DNA of 61,959 nt, filler included. It is 5 parts of 5 records of this genome, joined end to end, with 100 filler letters (N's around TTAATTAATTAA, not from the genome) between each part and the next. Parts side by side here need not be neighbours in the genome. Positions count along the whole stretch, not along the records: positions 32,395 to 40,793 come from SRR22947727_6020; positions 40,894 to 52,674 come from SRR22947727_6021; 3 more parts are not named here. One strand, written 5' to 3'. Position numbers and translations under genes: made by a program. The notes beneath the pieces were generated by a model, which was not told where the DNA came from, did no database searches, and saw only the letters and a list, made by a program, of their open reading frames with translations. This document shows, one piece after another, positions 38,836 through 48,855 of the stretch (position 1 is its first letter; the number at the start of each line of letters is the position of its first letter).

Positions 38836-39693
38836 ATGCGACTAGTTGCATTTGAACAGGCAGATGGGCCACATATTGGCGTTGTCACTGAGCGGGGCGT
38901 TGTTGATTTGTCGCGTCTTGACCCCGCTGCACCGCGCGATCTTGGCGCGGTGATAAAGGCAGGTCAGCTTGATCAGATTGCCGCGCTTATGGCCAAGGCT
39001 GGTGATGCAATCCATCATCAGATCGAGGATATCACCATCGGACTGCCAGTTGCAAAGCCGGGCAAAATCTTATGCCTTGGGTTGAATTACATGGATCATA
39101 TTGCCGAAGGGCCGTTCGACAAACAGCCCTTTCCGGCGATTTTTATGCGCAGTGCCACGTCGCTTGTCGCGGCCAATCAGCCAATCATTGCTCCGGCGGT
39201 TTCCGAAACGCTTGATTATGAGGCCGAATTGGCAGTGATTATTGGCAAGGAATGCAAAAACCTGACCGAAGATAACGCGCTTGATGTCATTGCTGGCTAC
39301 AGCTGTTTTAATGATGGGTCGGTTCGTGAATTTCAGCGGCATACGATTCAATGGACGATGGGCAAAAATTTTGACAAGACCGGCCCGTTTGGCCCCATCA
39401 TGGTTACGCCGGACGAATTGCCAAAAGCGGCAACAGGTTTGAAAATCGAATGTCGGTTAAATGGTCAAACTGTGCAATCAAGCACAACGGATATGATGAT
39501 TTTTCCGGTCATTGAAACCCTTGTCTATATTACTCAGGCCTTCACGCTTGAGCCGGGTGATCTTGTTATCATGGGAACTCCGTCAGGTGTTGGCCATGGG
39601 CGCAAGCCGCCTCTTTGGATGAAAGATGGTGATATTGTTGAAATCGAGATTGAAGGCATTGGCATTCTTGCCAATCCGATCAAGGCCGAGTGA
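38836..39693 (+). CDS. Fumarylacetoacetate hydrolase family protein
   Basis: CLGLNYMDH, DYEAELAVIIG, FNDGSVR, GKNFD..GPFGP, PGDLVIMGTPSGVG. Confidence 0.94.
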   Translation: MRLVAFEQADGPHIGVVTERGVVDLSRLDPAAPRDLGAVIKAGQLDQIAALMAKAGDAIHHQIEDITIGLPVAKPGKILCLGLNYMDHIAEGPFDKQPFPAIFMRSATSLVAANQPIIAPAVSETLDYEAELAVIIGKECKNLTEDNALDVIAGYSCFNDGSVREFQRHTIQWTMGKNFDKTGPFGPIMVTPDELPKAATGLKIECRLNGQTVQSSTTDMMIFPVIETLVYITQAFTLEPGDLVIMGTPSGVGHGRKPPLWMKDGDIVEIEIEGIGILANPIKAE

Positions 39694-39989
39694 TATTAGC
39701 CGCGTCTTTCGGGTTTCATCAAAAATATATTTAGATTTTTGTCAGTGGTTGCATATCAATCAGTCAAAAAGTCAATCAGTCAAAAAAAATGCGCTGACTT
39801 CAGGTTTGATAAAATATAAATCTGTGAAGCTGGCATTTTGAGCGCATTTTACCCTTTCGCAGGAATCTGCCCCCCTAAAAGTGGCGGTGTGCAGCGGCAT
39901 GCGACCGGCAAACGGTTCGGTTTGCATTGAAATTTTTGGTCTGTCACGGTAAAATAAAATACGAATTTTTTTATTGGAGACTCCCCCAC

Positions 39990-40793
39990 ATGACCCCCCT
40001 AAATTTACTGATTCTTGGCGCATCATATGGATCGTTGCTGGCTACCAAAATTGTTTTGGCTGGTCATAACGCAAAGATGATCTGCCTTCCTGTCGAAGCC
40101 GATCTTTTCAATGCCGAAGGTGCGATTATCCGCACACCAGTAAAAGGCCGTGAAGGCCTTGTTGAAATCCGCACAAGTGGACTGGCTGGCAAATTGTCGG
40201 CTGGCGGCCCCGCCGATTGTGATCCGGCAGATTTTGATCTTGTTGTTCTTGCCATGCAGGAGCCACAATATTCATCACCTGGTGTTCGTGATTTGCTGCA
40301 AGCGGTGGCAAAATCTGGCGTGCCATGCATGTCGATCATGAATATGCCACCACTTAGCTTTATGAAGCGTCTTCCCAATATGGATGTTGAGTCCTTGCGT
40401 GTCTGTTACGCTGAATCAACGGTCTGGGATGCGTTTGATTCAGAAAAATTCACCCTATGCAGCCCTGACCCGCAGGCGTTCCGTCCACCTGAGGAAAACC
40501 TCAATGTCTTGCAGGTTCGCCTGCCAACCAATTTCAAGGCAGCCGCGTTTCACCATGAGCAGGATAACGCCATGCTTCGCCGCCTTCAGGCCGATATTGA
40601 GGCGGTTCGTTTTACCACTGATGACGGCGCTGAGATCGAATTGCCAGTCAAACTAAAGGTACATGACTCAGTATTTGTGCCATTGGCAAAATGGGCAATG
40701 CTTGTCGCGGGAAATTACCGCTGTGTTCAAAAAGAAGAAATGCGCCCAATTCAGGATGCGGTTCATCATGACCTTGAGCAGTCGCGCGAAATC
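39990..40793 (+). CDS. Uncharacterised Rossmann-fold protein, ketopantoate-reductase-like (3' truncated)
   Basis: ILGASYG nucleotide-binding start, LAMQEPQY, SIMNMPP; SD GGAG upstream. Confidence 0.7.
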
Positions 40794-40893
40794 NNNNNNN
40801 NNNNNNNNNNNNNNNNNNNNNNNNNNNNNNNNNNNNNTTAATTAATTAANNNNNNNNNNNNNNNNNNNNNNNNNNNNNNNNNNNNNNNNNNNN
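40794..40893. other. Artificial contig spacer
   Basis: 44 N + TTAATTAATTAA + 44 N. Confidence 0.99.
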
Positions 40894-41886
40894 CTCGATG
40901 ATCGGCAGACCCGTCATCGAGCCACCGCCCATTTCGTCGGAGAGCTTCGCGCAGCGCTCCAAGAGGCGGCTGTGCAGGTAAAAGACGTCACCGGGGTAGG
41001 CCTCGCGGCCTGGGGGACGGCGCAGGAGCAGGGACACGGCGCGATACGCCTCTGCCTGCTTGGACAGGTCGTCGAAGACGATCAGCACGTGCTTGCCGCC
41101 GTACATCCAGTGCTGGCCGATGGCCGATCCGGTGTACGGGGCCAGGTACTTGAAGCCCGCAGGGTCTGATGCGGGCGCGGCCACGATGGTCGTGTACTCC
41201 ATCGCGCCATATTCCTCAAGCGCCCCCTTGACGGACGCGATCGTCGAACCCTTCTGCCCGATCGCCACGTAGATGCAGCGAACCTGCTTGCTCGGGTCTC
41301 CTGACTTCCAATTCTCGCGCTGGTTCAAAATCGTGTCCAGACATACGGCGGTCTTGCCAGTCTGGCGGTCGCCGATGACGAGCTGACGCTGTCCGCGACC
41401 GATCGCCGTCATCGCGTCGATCGCTTTGATTCCGGTCAGCATCGGCTCTTTCACGGGCTGACGCTGGACGACCGTGGGGGCCTGAACCTCCAGGGCGCGG
41501 CGATCTTCGGCTTCGATGGCACCCAGCCCGTCGATCGGGCTGCCCAGCGGATCGACAACACGTCCAAGGAAGGCGTCGCCCACCGGGACGGAGAGGACTT
41601 CGCCGGTGCGCCGCACAGGCTGCCCTTCTTCGATGTGCGCACCGTCGCCGAGGAGCACCACACCGATCTCTCGAACATCGAGGTTCAGTGCGACACCGAG
41701 CAGACCTCCCTCGAACTCCAGCAACTCGTTGGTCATCGCCGAGTGGAGGCCTTCGACGCGTGCAATGCCATCGCCGATCTCCGTGACGCGACCAACTTCT
41801 TCTCGGGCGGTGGACGGCGAGTACGCCGCGACGTTCCGCTCGATCGCATCCCGGATCTCTTCCGGCCGGATCGTCAGCTCCGTCAT
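40894..41886 (-). CDS. atpA: F1 ATP synthase subunit alpha (3' truncated)
   Basis: [48 protein letters not shown]. Confidence 0.98.
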
Positions 41887-41954
41887 GGTGTCCTGCTTTC
41901 CTTCGTCGGGCCCGCGGTGCGGGCGGTGTGTGGGGTCTCGTGGTTGTTGTTGGG

Positions 41955-42764
41955 TCAGCCCAAGACTGCTCTGCGGGCCTGTTCGAGTCGCGATGCGACG
42001 GTGCCGTCGATGACCTCGTCGCCGATCGTCACCATCACTCCGCCAAGCATGGCGGGGTCGACGGAGACGTTGAGCCGTACCGTCCGGCCCTTCAATGAGG
42101 ACAACGCCGCCGCGAGACGACGGGATTGCTCCTCGGTGAGGGGGGCCGCTACCCGCACCTCGGCCACCACCCGCTCGCGCTGCCGGGCAGCGAGTTCGCA
42201 CAGGGTGTCGATCGCGGCGTCTAGTCGTTGACCGTGCAAACGACCGACAGTCGACTCCAACACCCCGCGGGTTGCCGCGGTGGCCCTGTCGGACAGAAGG
42301 TCGCGCACGATGGCGGCCTTTGTCTGGGGCGACTGCGCCGGATCACCCAGTGCCATCTGCAATTCCGCGGAGGCGTCGATCGCCCGGCCGAACCGGAAGA
42401 TCTCCTCTTCGGTGTCATCAAGTGTGCCGTTGCCCTCCGCGACCGTGAAGGCCGCCTGCGCAGCGAGCTGCTCGAGGGCGATCACCAGATCGATGTCGTC
42501 GGACCACCGATGATCCACGGCATCCGCCACGACTTCGAGGGTCAGAGCCGAGACCTGATTGGCCAAGATGTCCCTGATCAAGGACTCCCGAACAGACGCT
42601 GGCTGCCCGGAATCGGCCAGCGTCGAGCGAAGTTGCGCGTTGTCGTCCAGCAGCGCCGCCACGGCGAAGACCTGCGCGGACAACTCATCGAAGCCCGGCG
42701 CTTGCCGGCGGGCATCGAGAGCGGCCGAACAGGCGGCGAGGGATTCGCGGCTGGAACCGAGCAT
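41955..42764 (-). CDS. atpH: ATP synthase subunit delta (long actinobacterial form)
   Basis: [28 protein letters not shown]. Confidence 0.93.
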   Translation of the reverse strand: MLGSSRESLAACSAALDARRQAPGFDELSAQVFAVAALLDDNAQLRSTLADSGQPASVRESLIRDILANQVSALTLEVVADAVDHRWSDDIDLVIALEQLAAQAAFTVAEGNGTLDDTEEEIFRFGRAIDASAELQMALGDPAQSPQTKAAIVRDLLSDRATAATRGVLESTVGRLHGQRLDAAIDTLCELAARQRERVVAEVRVAAPLTEEQSRRLAAALSSLKGRTVRLNVSVDPAMLGGVMVTIGDEVIDGTVASRLEQARRAVLG

Positions 42765-43309
42765 CAGTTGGAAGCCTGCCTTTCGAGGTCGTCGAGGAAG
42801 GCATCGACGGTCGAGCGAACGCGCGCGTCGTCAGTCAAAGACTCCCCGACGACCTTGCTGGCAAGTTCGACGGACAACTCCCCCACCTGTCGGGTGAGCG
42901 TGCTCATCGCCTGGGCTCGATCGGCAGCCATCTGTGCTTCCGCCGCAGCGGTGACCTGGGCGGCCGCATGTCGTGCCTCGTTCTTGGCTTCCTCCACCAT
43001 CGACGAGCGGTCGGCCTGGGCTTGGGTTCGGATGGCCGAGGCTTCCTCACGTGCCGATGCGAGCTGCTCCTTGTACTCCTCGAGTACACGGCTGGCTTCC
43101 GCCTGGGCTTCCTCAGCACGCTGCAGGCCACCCTCGATAGCGTCTGCACGCTCGTCGAGTGTCGCCTTGATCTTAGGCAACGCGAATTTGCCGAGAGCGC
43201 CGAAGACGATCAGGAACGCGATCAGGCCGATGATCAACTCATCGACCGGAACGGCGAGAACGCTTGGCATCTCCTCGCTTGCGGCGCTGACTGCTGCCAC
43301 AACCTTCAT
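42764..43309 (-). CDS. atpF: ATP synthase subunit b
   Basis: TM helix then LPKIKATLDERADAIEGGL coiled coil, ELASKVVGESL. Confidence 0.94.
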   Translation of the reverse strand: MKVVAAVSAASEEMPSVLAVPVDELIIGLIAFLIVFGALGKFALPKIKATLDERADAIEGGLQRAEEAQAEASRVLEEYKEQLASAREEASAIRTQAQADRSSMVEEAKNEARHAAAQVTAAAEAQMAADRAQAMSTLTRQVGELSVELASKVVGESLTDDARVRSTVDAFLDDLERQASN

Positions 43310-43401
43310 TGCCGTAACCTCTCTGGTCAGTGGTCGGGGGGACGTGTGTTCGTCATGGACCTGTGCGTTGCACGCCTATGGCCGGCGCACAACGCAGTCG
43401 A

Positions 43402-43692
<291 letters not shown>

Positions 43693-43716
43693 TCAGTTGT
43701 GTGCGGGCACTGGCCA

Positions 43717-44568
43717 TCAGTGCTCCGCGTGCAGCGCGCTCCCTATGTAGACGGCAGCGAGCAGCGTGAAGATGTAGGCCTGCAAGGCCTGGATGAAAGC
43801 TTCGAATCCGGTCAGTGCGACGGTGACAACGAAGGACGCAACGGAGCCGACAATTCCGATGACGCTCGCGCTAATCAGATAGAAGGCCGCGATGCTGAAC
43901 GTCGCGAGCAGTAGATGGCCCGCGAACATGTTCGCGAAGAGTCGAACCGCATGCGTGAACGGCCGCACGAGGATGTTGGAGATCAACTCGATCGGGGCCA
44001 ACAAGATGTACATGGGCTTGGGGACTCCCGGCGGGAACATCATGTTGGTGAAGAACTTGATCGGACCCTGCTTGATCATGCCCAGCGGGACCCAGGTGAA
44101 GTACACGATGAGGGCGAAGGCCACCGGAATCGCGAAGATCGATGTCGCCGGCAACTGTGCGCCGGGCAGGATCCCGAAGAAGTTCAAGATCCATACGAAG
44201 AAGAAGAAACTGAACAGGAAGGGGACGAACTTTTCACCTCCATGCCCAATGGTCTCTTTGGCGATTCCGTCGCGAACGAACACGTACCCAACCTCGCCGA
44301 TGTTCTGGGCGCCGCGTGGAACCAGCTTGGGCTTGCGGAACGCATACGTGAAGAAACCGACGACGGCGACAACGCCGAGCAGCAGCAGCACCGTAACTTT
44401 CGAGAAGCCGAATTCCAGGCTCGCCAACTGAAGCGTGAAGATGTCCTCGAAAACGAAGATCTCGGCACCCGGAGCCGGGAAGCCGCATCCGGACATCAGA
44501 TGACAGTCGGGACCACCCGCCGCGGACACGCTCGTGGGAGCAGACACGGAAACGACCTCAGCGAACAC
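43717..44568 (-). CDS. atpB: ATP synthase subunit a
   Basis: PIELIS, RPFTHAVRLFANMFAGH, LQAYIFTLL. Confidence 0.97.
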   Translation of the reverse strand: MFAEVVSVSAPTSVSAAGGPDCHLMSGCGFPAPGAEIFVFEDIFTLQLASLEFGFSKVTVLLLLGVVAVVGFFTYAFRKPKLVPRGAQNIGEVGYVFVRDGIAKETIGHGGEKFVPFLFSFFFFVWILNFFGILPGAQLPATSIFAIPVAFALIVYFTWVPLGMIKQGPIKFFTNMMFPPGVPKPMYILLAPIELISNILVRPFTHAVRLFANMFAGHLLLATFSIAAFYLISASVIGIVGSVASFVVTVALTGFEAFIQALQAYIFTLLAAVYIGSALHAEH

Positions 44569-44580
44569 TCAGGCCCTCCA

Positions 44581-44961
44581 TCACGTTCGACCCTCCTGGT
44601 CTGCATCCACGTTCGTTGCTTCCATCGGCGACACCGCCTGTGGCGGTGTTTCCTCGCGCGCTCGGTGATCGAGACCACGGCCCTGACGCACCGCCTCTTC
44701 GCGAGCCAGACCCGTGAAGATTAGGTAGTACGACAGTCCCAGCCCGACGAAGGCACCGATGGCAATAAGCACCGGTCGGTTCCCCCACCACAAAGAGATC
44801 AACCAGCCGATCCCGGCGTACAGCACGATGCCGGCTATCAGTCGACTGGAGATCGTCCAAGCGGCGTTGTCCATTGCCGGGGAAGAGTGCGCACCTGTTG
44901 GTGAGGACGACGTCGGATTTGAACGCTGACGCGCACGGTACCAGGGGGCAGCACCCGTCAT
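44581..44961 (-). CDS. AtpZ/AtpI family membrane protein
   Basis: AWTISSRLIAGIVLYAGIGWLI two-TM pattern; ATGA overlap with upstream gene. Confidence 0.75.
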   Translation of the reverse strand: MTGAAPWYRARQRSNPTSSSPTGAHSSPAMDNAAWTISSRLIAGIVLYAGIGWLISLWWGNRPVLIAIGAFVGLGLSYYLIFTGLAREEAVRQGRGLDHRAREETPPQAVSPMEATNVDADQEGRT

Positions 44962-45404
44962 GACCCGGCCTCCGGGTCCACGTAAAGGACCTTCGTGCGA
45001 GCGAAAACCCATACTTCGGCCACGGTCCAGGCGAGCGTGCACGCGACGATCGTTGCGGCGAAAACGCGGGTGTCGAACGCGGTGGTGTCGGCGAAGGCGA
45101 TGATGAGAACGAACAGAACCCCGATCTTCACGAGATAGATCGTCAGGGCGACGGTCATGGCCATCTGGGGGTTGCTCTTGAGAATCGAACCCAGCACGAA
45201 TTGCCCAACGCTGAAAAAGACCAGAACTAAAACCGTGGCGAACACGCCGCCGAGGGCACCGCTGGCTCCGCTGCTGGCCGCTCCAATGGCGATTCCCGCG
45301 ACACCCACGAGGGCTGTGGTCAACCCTGCGCGTTTCAGGACCAACGCATCAACGCTCGGAGAGTCACTGGTGGCGCGCGGCGGGGCGCTTGCGTCATCTG
45401 TCAT
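44958..45404 (-). CDS. ATP synthase protein I-like membrane protein
   Basis: Four TM helices, YLVKIG, TKVLYVDP; first gene of atp operon. Confidence 0.75.
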   Translation of the reverse strand: MTDDASAPPRATSDSPSVDALVLKRAGLTTALVGVAGIAIGAASSGASGALGGVFATVLVLVFFSVGQFVLGSILKSNPQMAMTVALTIYLVKIGVLFVLIIAFADTTAFDTRVFAATIVACTLAWTVAEVWVFARTKVLYVDPEAGS

Positions 45405-45596
45405 AAAGTCGTGACCATTGTCTTAATATCCACATCCGGCAGGGTGGTTGTCCGCCAGGACAATTGATCTCAGACGCTATCGCACCTGCCGCGAGGTTTC
45501 ACCCCAAGAGTAGTTGCTCAAGGGCCCCGGCGCGTGGTCTTCGTCACCATCGTTGTCGCGGTGTTCGTCTCGCACCACCGATCCACGAGCGTCTCC

Positions 45597-46760
45597 TCAG
45601 CCCAAAGACGAATCCCGACCGTCGGCGGCACGCAACGGTCGAACATCGGCCTCAGTTTGTTCATAGCTCCCCTGGGCACCCATGGACTTCGACGGGCGCC
45701 GCACCAGCCACAACAACGCTGCCAGCCCCACGATGAATCCTCCGGCTGCGTACGGCCATGGCACGAAGGCCACAGCGACGGCGGTGCCGGCGACGAGTCC
45801 CGTCCAGGCGTACATCAGCAGGACGGCCCGGCCCTGCGAGTGCCCCATTTCCAGGAGTCGGTGGTGAAGGTGCTGCTTGTCCGGTGCGAAGGGGTTTCGC
45901 CCGGCTCTGGTTCGGCGAATGACGGCCAAGAGAAGGTCGACCAGCGGGATCGCCATCACGGCGACGGGCAGCGCGATGGGAAGCAGGGTGGGCAGAAGGG
46001 CTCCGGTGGTCAGAGCGCTCGGATCGATCTGCCCGGAGAGCGTGATGGTTCCAGCGGCCAGCAGCAGCCCGAGGAGCATCGACCCGGTGTCCCCCATGAA
46101 GATGCGCGCGGGGGTGTAGTTGTGGGGAAGAAATCCCACCGTCATTCCGACCAGCAGGACGCTCACCAGCGTTGCCAGGGTGGCACGATCGAGGCCGGAT
46201 TCCACGCTGAGCAAGTACGCGTATCCGAAGAAGGCCCCGGCCGCTACCAGCACGATTCCGGCGGCAAGACCGTCGAGGCCGTCAACGAAGTTGATGGCAT
46301 TGATGCTGATAACGACGATCAACACGGTGAACAGCACGCTGGTCAACGGGTCGAGGACGAAGGTGCCCCCAATGGGCAACCAGATGATCGCGATCCCTTG
46401 AAAGGCCATCACACCGGCGGCGAGCACCTGCCCGGCAAGTTTGGTGGGTGCATCCAGTCCCCACTTATCATCGACGACTCCCAGCGCAACGATGATCGCA
46501 ACACCGGACAGCAGCGCGAGAGGTGTTCGACCACTGTCGAAAACAGCGCTCATCATCGGGAGTTTGCTGGCGAGGATTCCTCCGGCGAGCAGTCCCCCGA
46601 CCATCGCCAGACCACCGAGCAGCGGCGTGGGGGTGTCGTGAACGTCGCGGTCCCGCACCGGCGCCATTACTTTCCACTTCTTGGCGAACTCTCTCGCCAC
46701 CGGCGTCAGCAGGTACGTGACCGCAGCAGCGGCCACCAGGCACAGGATGTATTCCCGCAC
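45597..46760 (-). CDS. wecA: Undecaprenyl-phosphate GlcNAc-1-phosphate transferase (WecA/Rfe)
   Basis: RDVH..PTPLLGG, GVVDD, NAINFVDGLDGLA, IFMGDTGS, DKQHLHHRL. Confidence 0.92.
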   Translation of the reverse strand: MREYILCLVAAAAVTYLLTPVAREFAKKWKVMAPVRDRDVHDTPTPLLGGLAMVGGLLAGGILASKLPMMSAVFDSGRTPLALLSGVAIIVALGVVDDKWGLDAPTKLAGQVLAAGVMAFQGIAIIWLPIGGTFVLDPLTSVLFTVLIVVISINAINFVDGLDGLAAGIVLVAAGAFFGYAYLLSVESGLDRATLATLVSVLLVGMTVGFLPHNYTPARIFMGDTGSMLLGLLLAAGTITLSGQIDPSALTTGALLPTLLPIALPVAVMAIPLVDLLLAVIRRTRAGRNPFAPDKQHLHHRLLEMGHSQGRAVLLMYAWTGLVAGTAVAVAFVPWPYAAGGFIVGLAALLWLVRRPSKSMGAQGSYEQTEADVRPLRAADGRDSSLG

Positions 46761-46765
46761 GCGCC

Positions 46766-48058
46766 CTAGTCCGTCGTTCTTTGATCTCGCGGATAGGCGG
46801 GATGGCGTTCGACGAGTTTGCCGACTTCGACGGAAATATCTGCTGCCGCTGAGCCATCAGCATCGGTCACCGCGCGGTGAATCAGGTCGGCGATCTCGCG
46901 CATGTCGTTCTCCAGCATGCCCTGCGTGGTCACCGACGGCGTTCCCACGCGGATACCTGAGCCCACTGACGGAGGCCGCGGATCGTAGGGAATCGCGTTC
47001 TTGTTGAGCGTGATGCGCGCGGCGTCGCACCGAGTCTCCGCATCGGCGCCGGTAACGCCGATTGACTGCAGGTCGATGAGGGCCAGGTGGGTATCCGTTC
47101 CTCCGCTGGTCGGCCGCATTCCGTGCTCGGCAAGCCCCTCGCAGAGCGTCTGCGCGTTGCGAATTACCTGGGAGGCGTATTGCTGGTACTCCGGCGTTGC
47201 AGCCTCACGCAGGGCAACAGCCTTGGCGGCGACCCCGTGCATAAGAGGTCCACCCTGCATCATCGGGAACACGGCCTTGTCCACGGCCTTCGCGTGCTCG
47301 GCCTTGCACAGCATCATGCCGCCACGCGGGCCGCGCAGAACCTTGTGCGTAGTGAACGTGACGACATCGGCGTACGGAACCGGACTCGGGATCGCCTTGC
47401 CGGCGACCAGCCCGATGAAGTGGGCTGCGTCCACCATCAAGATCGCTCCGACCTCGTCCGCGATGGCGCGGAACGCGGCAAAGTCGACGAGTCGGGGGTA
47501 GGCGGTCGCCCCGCAGATGATCATCGTGGGCCGGTGCTCGAGGGCCAGTTTCCGGACCTGGTCGTAGTCGATCATCTCGGTGTCCTCGCGCACCCCGTAG
47601 GAGACGACGTTGAACCACTTGCCGGAGAAGTTAACCGGAGAACCGTGCGTGAGGTGCCCACCGTGCGACAGGCTCATCGCCAAGACGGTGTCCCCGGGCA
47701 TGGTGAACGCCCCGTAGGCGGCGATGTTGGCGCTGGCACCGCTATGCGGCTGCAGGTTGGCGTGCTCGGCACCGAATAGCTCTTTCGCCCGCGCGATGCC
47801 GATCTCCTCGGCGGAATCGACCTCCGAGCAACCGCCGTAGTAGCGCCGCCCCGGATAGCCCTCGGCGTACTTGTTGCTCAGCGTGGATCCGAGGGCGGCC
47901 AGCACCGCAGGCGACGTGAAATTCTCGCTTGCGATCAACTGCAGCCCCCCACGCAGACGCTCGAGTTCCCCGAGGATGATCGACGCGATCTGCGGGTCTT
48001 CGGACTGCAGAGCACCGAAGTCCGGTCCCCAGAACACGTCCTGATCCGATGACGTCAT
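46766..48058 (-). CDS. glyA: Serine hydroxymethyltransferase
   Basis: LIASEN, NKYAEGYPGRRYYGG, GGHLTHG, TTHKVLRGPRGG, QGGP. Confidence 0.98.
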   Translation of the reverse strand: MTSSDQDVFWGPDFGALQSEDPQIASIILGELERLRGGLQLIASENFTSPAVLAALGSTLSNKYAEGYPGRRYYGGCSEVDSAEEIGIARAKELFGAEHANLQPHSGASANIAAYGAFTMPGDTVLAMSLSHGGHLTHGSPVNFSGKWFNVVSYGVREDTEMIDYDQVRKLALEHRPTMIICGATAYPRLVDFAAFRAIADEVGAILMVDAAHFIGLVAGKAIPSPVPYADVVTFTTHKVLRGPRGGMMLCKAEHAKAVDKAVFPMMQGGPLMHGVAAKAVALREAATPEYQQYASQVIRNAQTLCEGLAEHGMRPTSGGTDTHLALIDLQSIGVTGADAETRCDAARITLNKNAIPYDPRPPSVGSGIRVGTPSVTTQGMLENDMREIADLIHRAVTDADGSAAADISVEVGKLVERHPAYPRDQRTTD

Positions 48059-48060
48059 CG

Positions 48061-48819
48061 CTACTCCTGATCGCTTGCCGGTGCGGGTGGTGCCTCCGCC
48101 ACCGGGTCTAACGGCGATTGCTCCACTGCCGTCACTGTATCCCCGGTTCCCCGCTCGAGCCTGCCCAACACCTCCTGGACCCGCTCGGCGGCGACGGCTC
48201 CTTCTCGGGCAATGGACACCTCGGTGAATCGCGCGTCAACGATGGTGCTGGACAGTTCTGGGTCTTCCTGGGAGGACCACGACCGTTCTCCGAGGGCTCC
48301 GACATCGCACGCACCGGAGACGTCGTCGCCGAGCGCTTCGAGTGCTTCCTCGATGGTGCGCGGTGCGTCTCCTCCGGCGATGGTGGCTGTGCTCGCTGCA
48401 ATCGGTCCGAGTCGAGCACACACGGCGAGGGTGAACGGATGAAGGGGCATGCGCACCGCTAGCGGCGCACGCTTCGGGTGATCCCACGCCAGCGTCGGCT
48501 GAGGCGGCAACAACACCGTCAGCAAGCCGGGCCAGAAGGCCTCCATGAGTTTCTTCGCGACCCGCGGGACTCGTGCCGCTACGCCGGAGACCACCACGGG
48601 CGAGGCCACCAGTAAGCCCAAAGGGGTTGACTCGGGCACCATCTTCGCCCGCCGGAGCAACGCCGTCCCGCGCAGAGAAAAGGCATCGGCGGCAACGACG
48701 TAGCTGTTCTCGGTCGGCAAGATGACCAAACCACCGCGCCGCATGGCGGCCACGGCACCACGGACGGCAGTTTCCCTGTTGGCTCCGTCGGCGCACTCCC
48801 ATAACTGACCGGCGCTCAT
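48061..48819 (-). CDS. Sua5/YrdC/TsaC family protein with degenerate active-site motifs
   Basis: LVILPT, ADAF, FWPGLLT, AVRMPLHP, SSTIVD, REGA; syntenic prmC-tsaC position. Confidence 0.85.
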   Translation of the reverse strand: MSAGQLWECADGANRETAVRGAVAAMRRGGLVILPTENSYVVAADAFSLRGTALLRRAKMVPESTPLGLLVASPVVVSGVAARVPRVAKKLMEAFWPGLLTVLLPPQPTLAWDHPKRAPLAVRMPLHPFTLAVCARLGPIAASTATIAGGDAPRTIEEALEALGDDVSGACDVGALGERSWSSQEDPELSSTIVDARFTEVSIAREGAVAAERVQEVLGRLERGTGDTVTAVEQSPLDPVAEAPPAPASDQE

Positions 48820-48855
48820 CGAAGACCTGTCATCGGATTTCCTCGCTCGCCGTGA

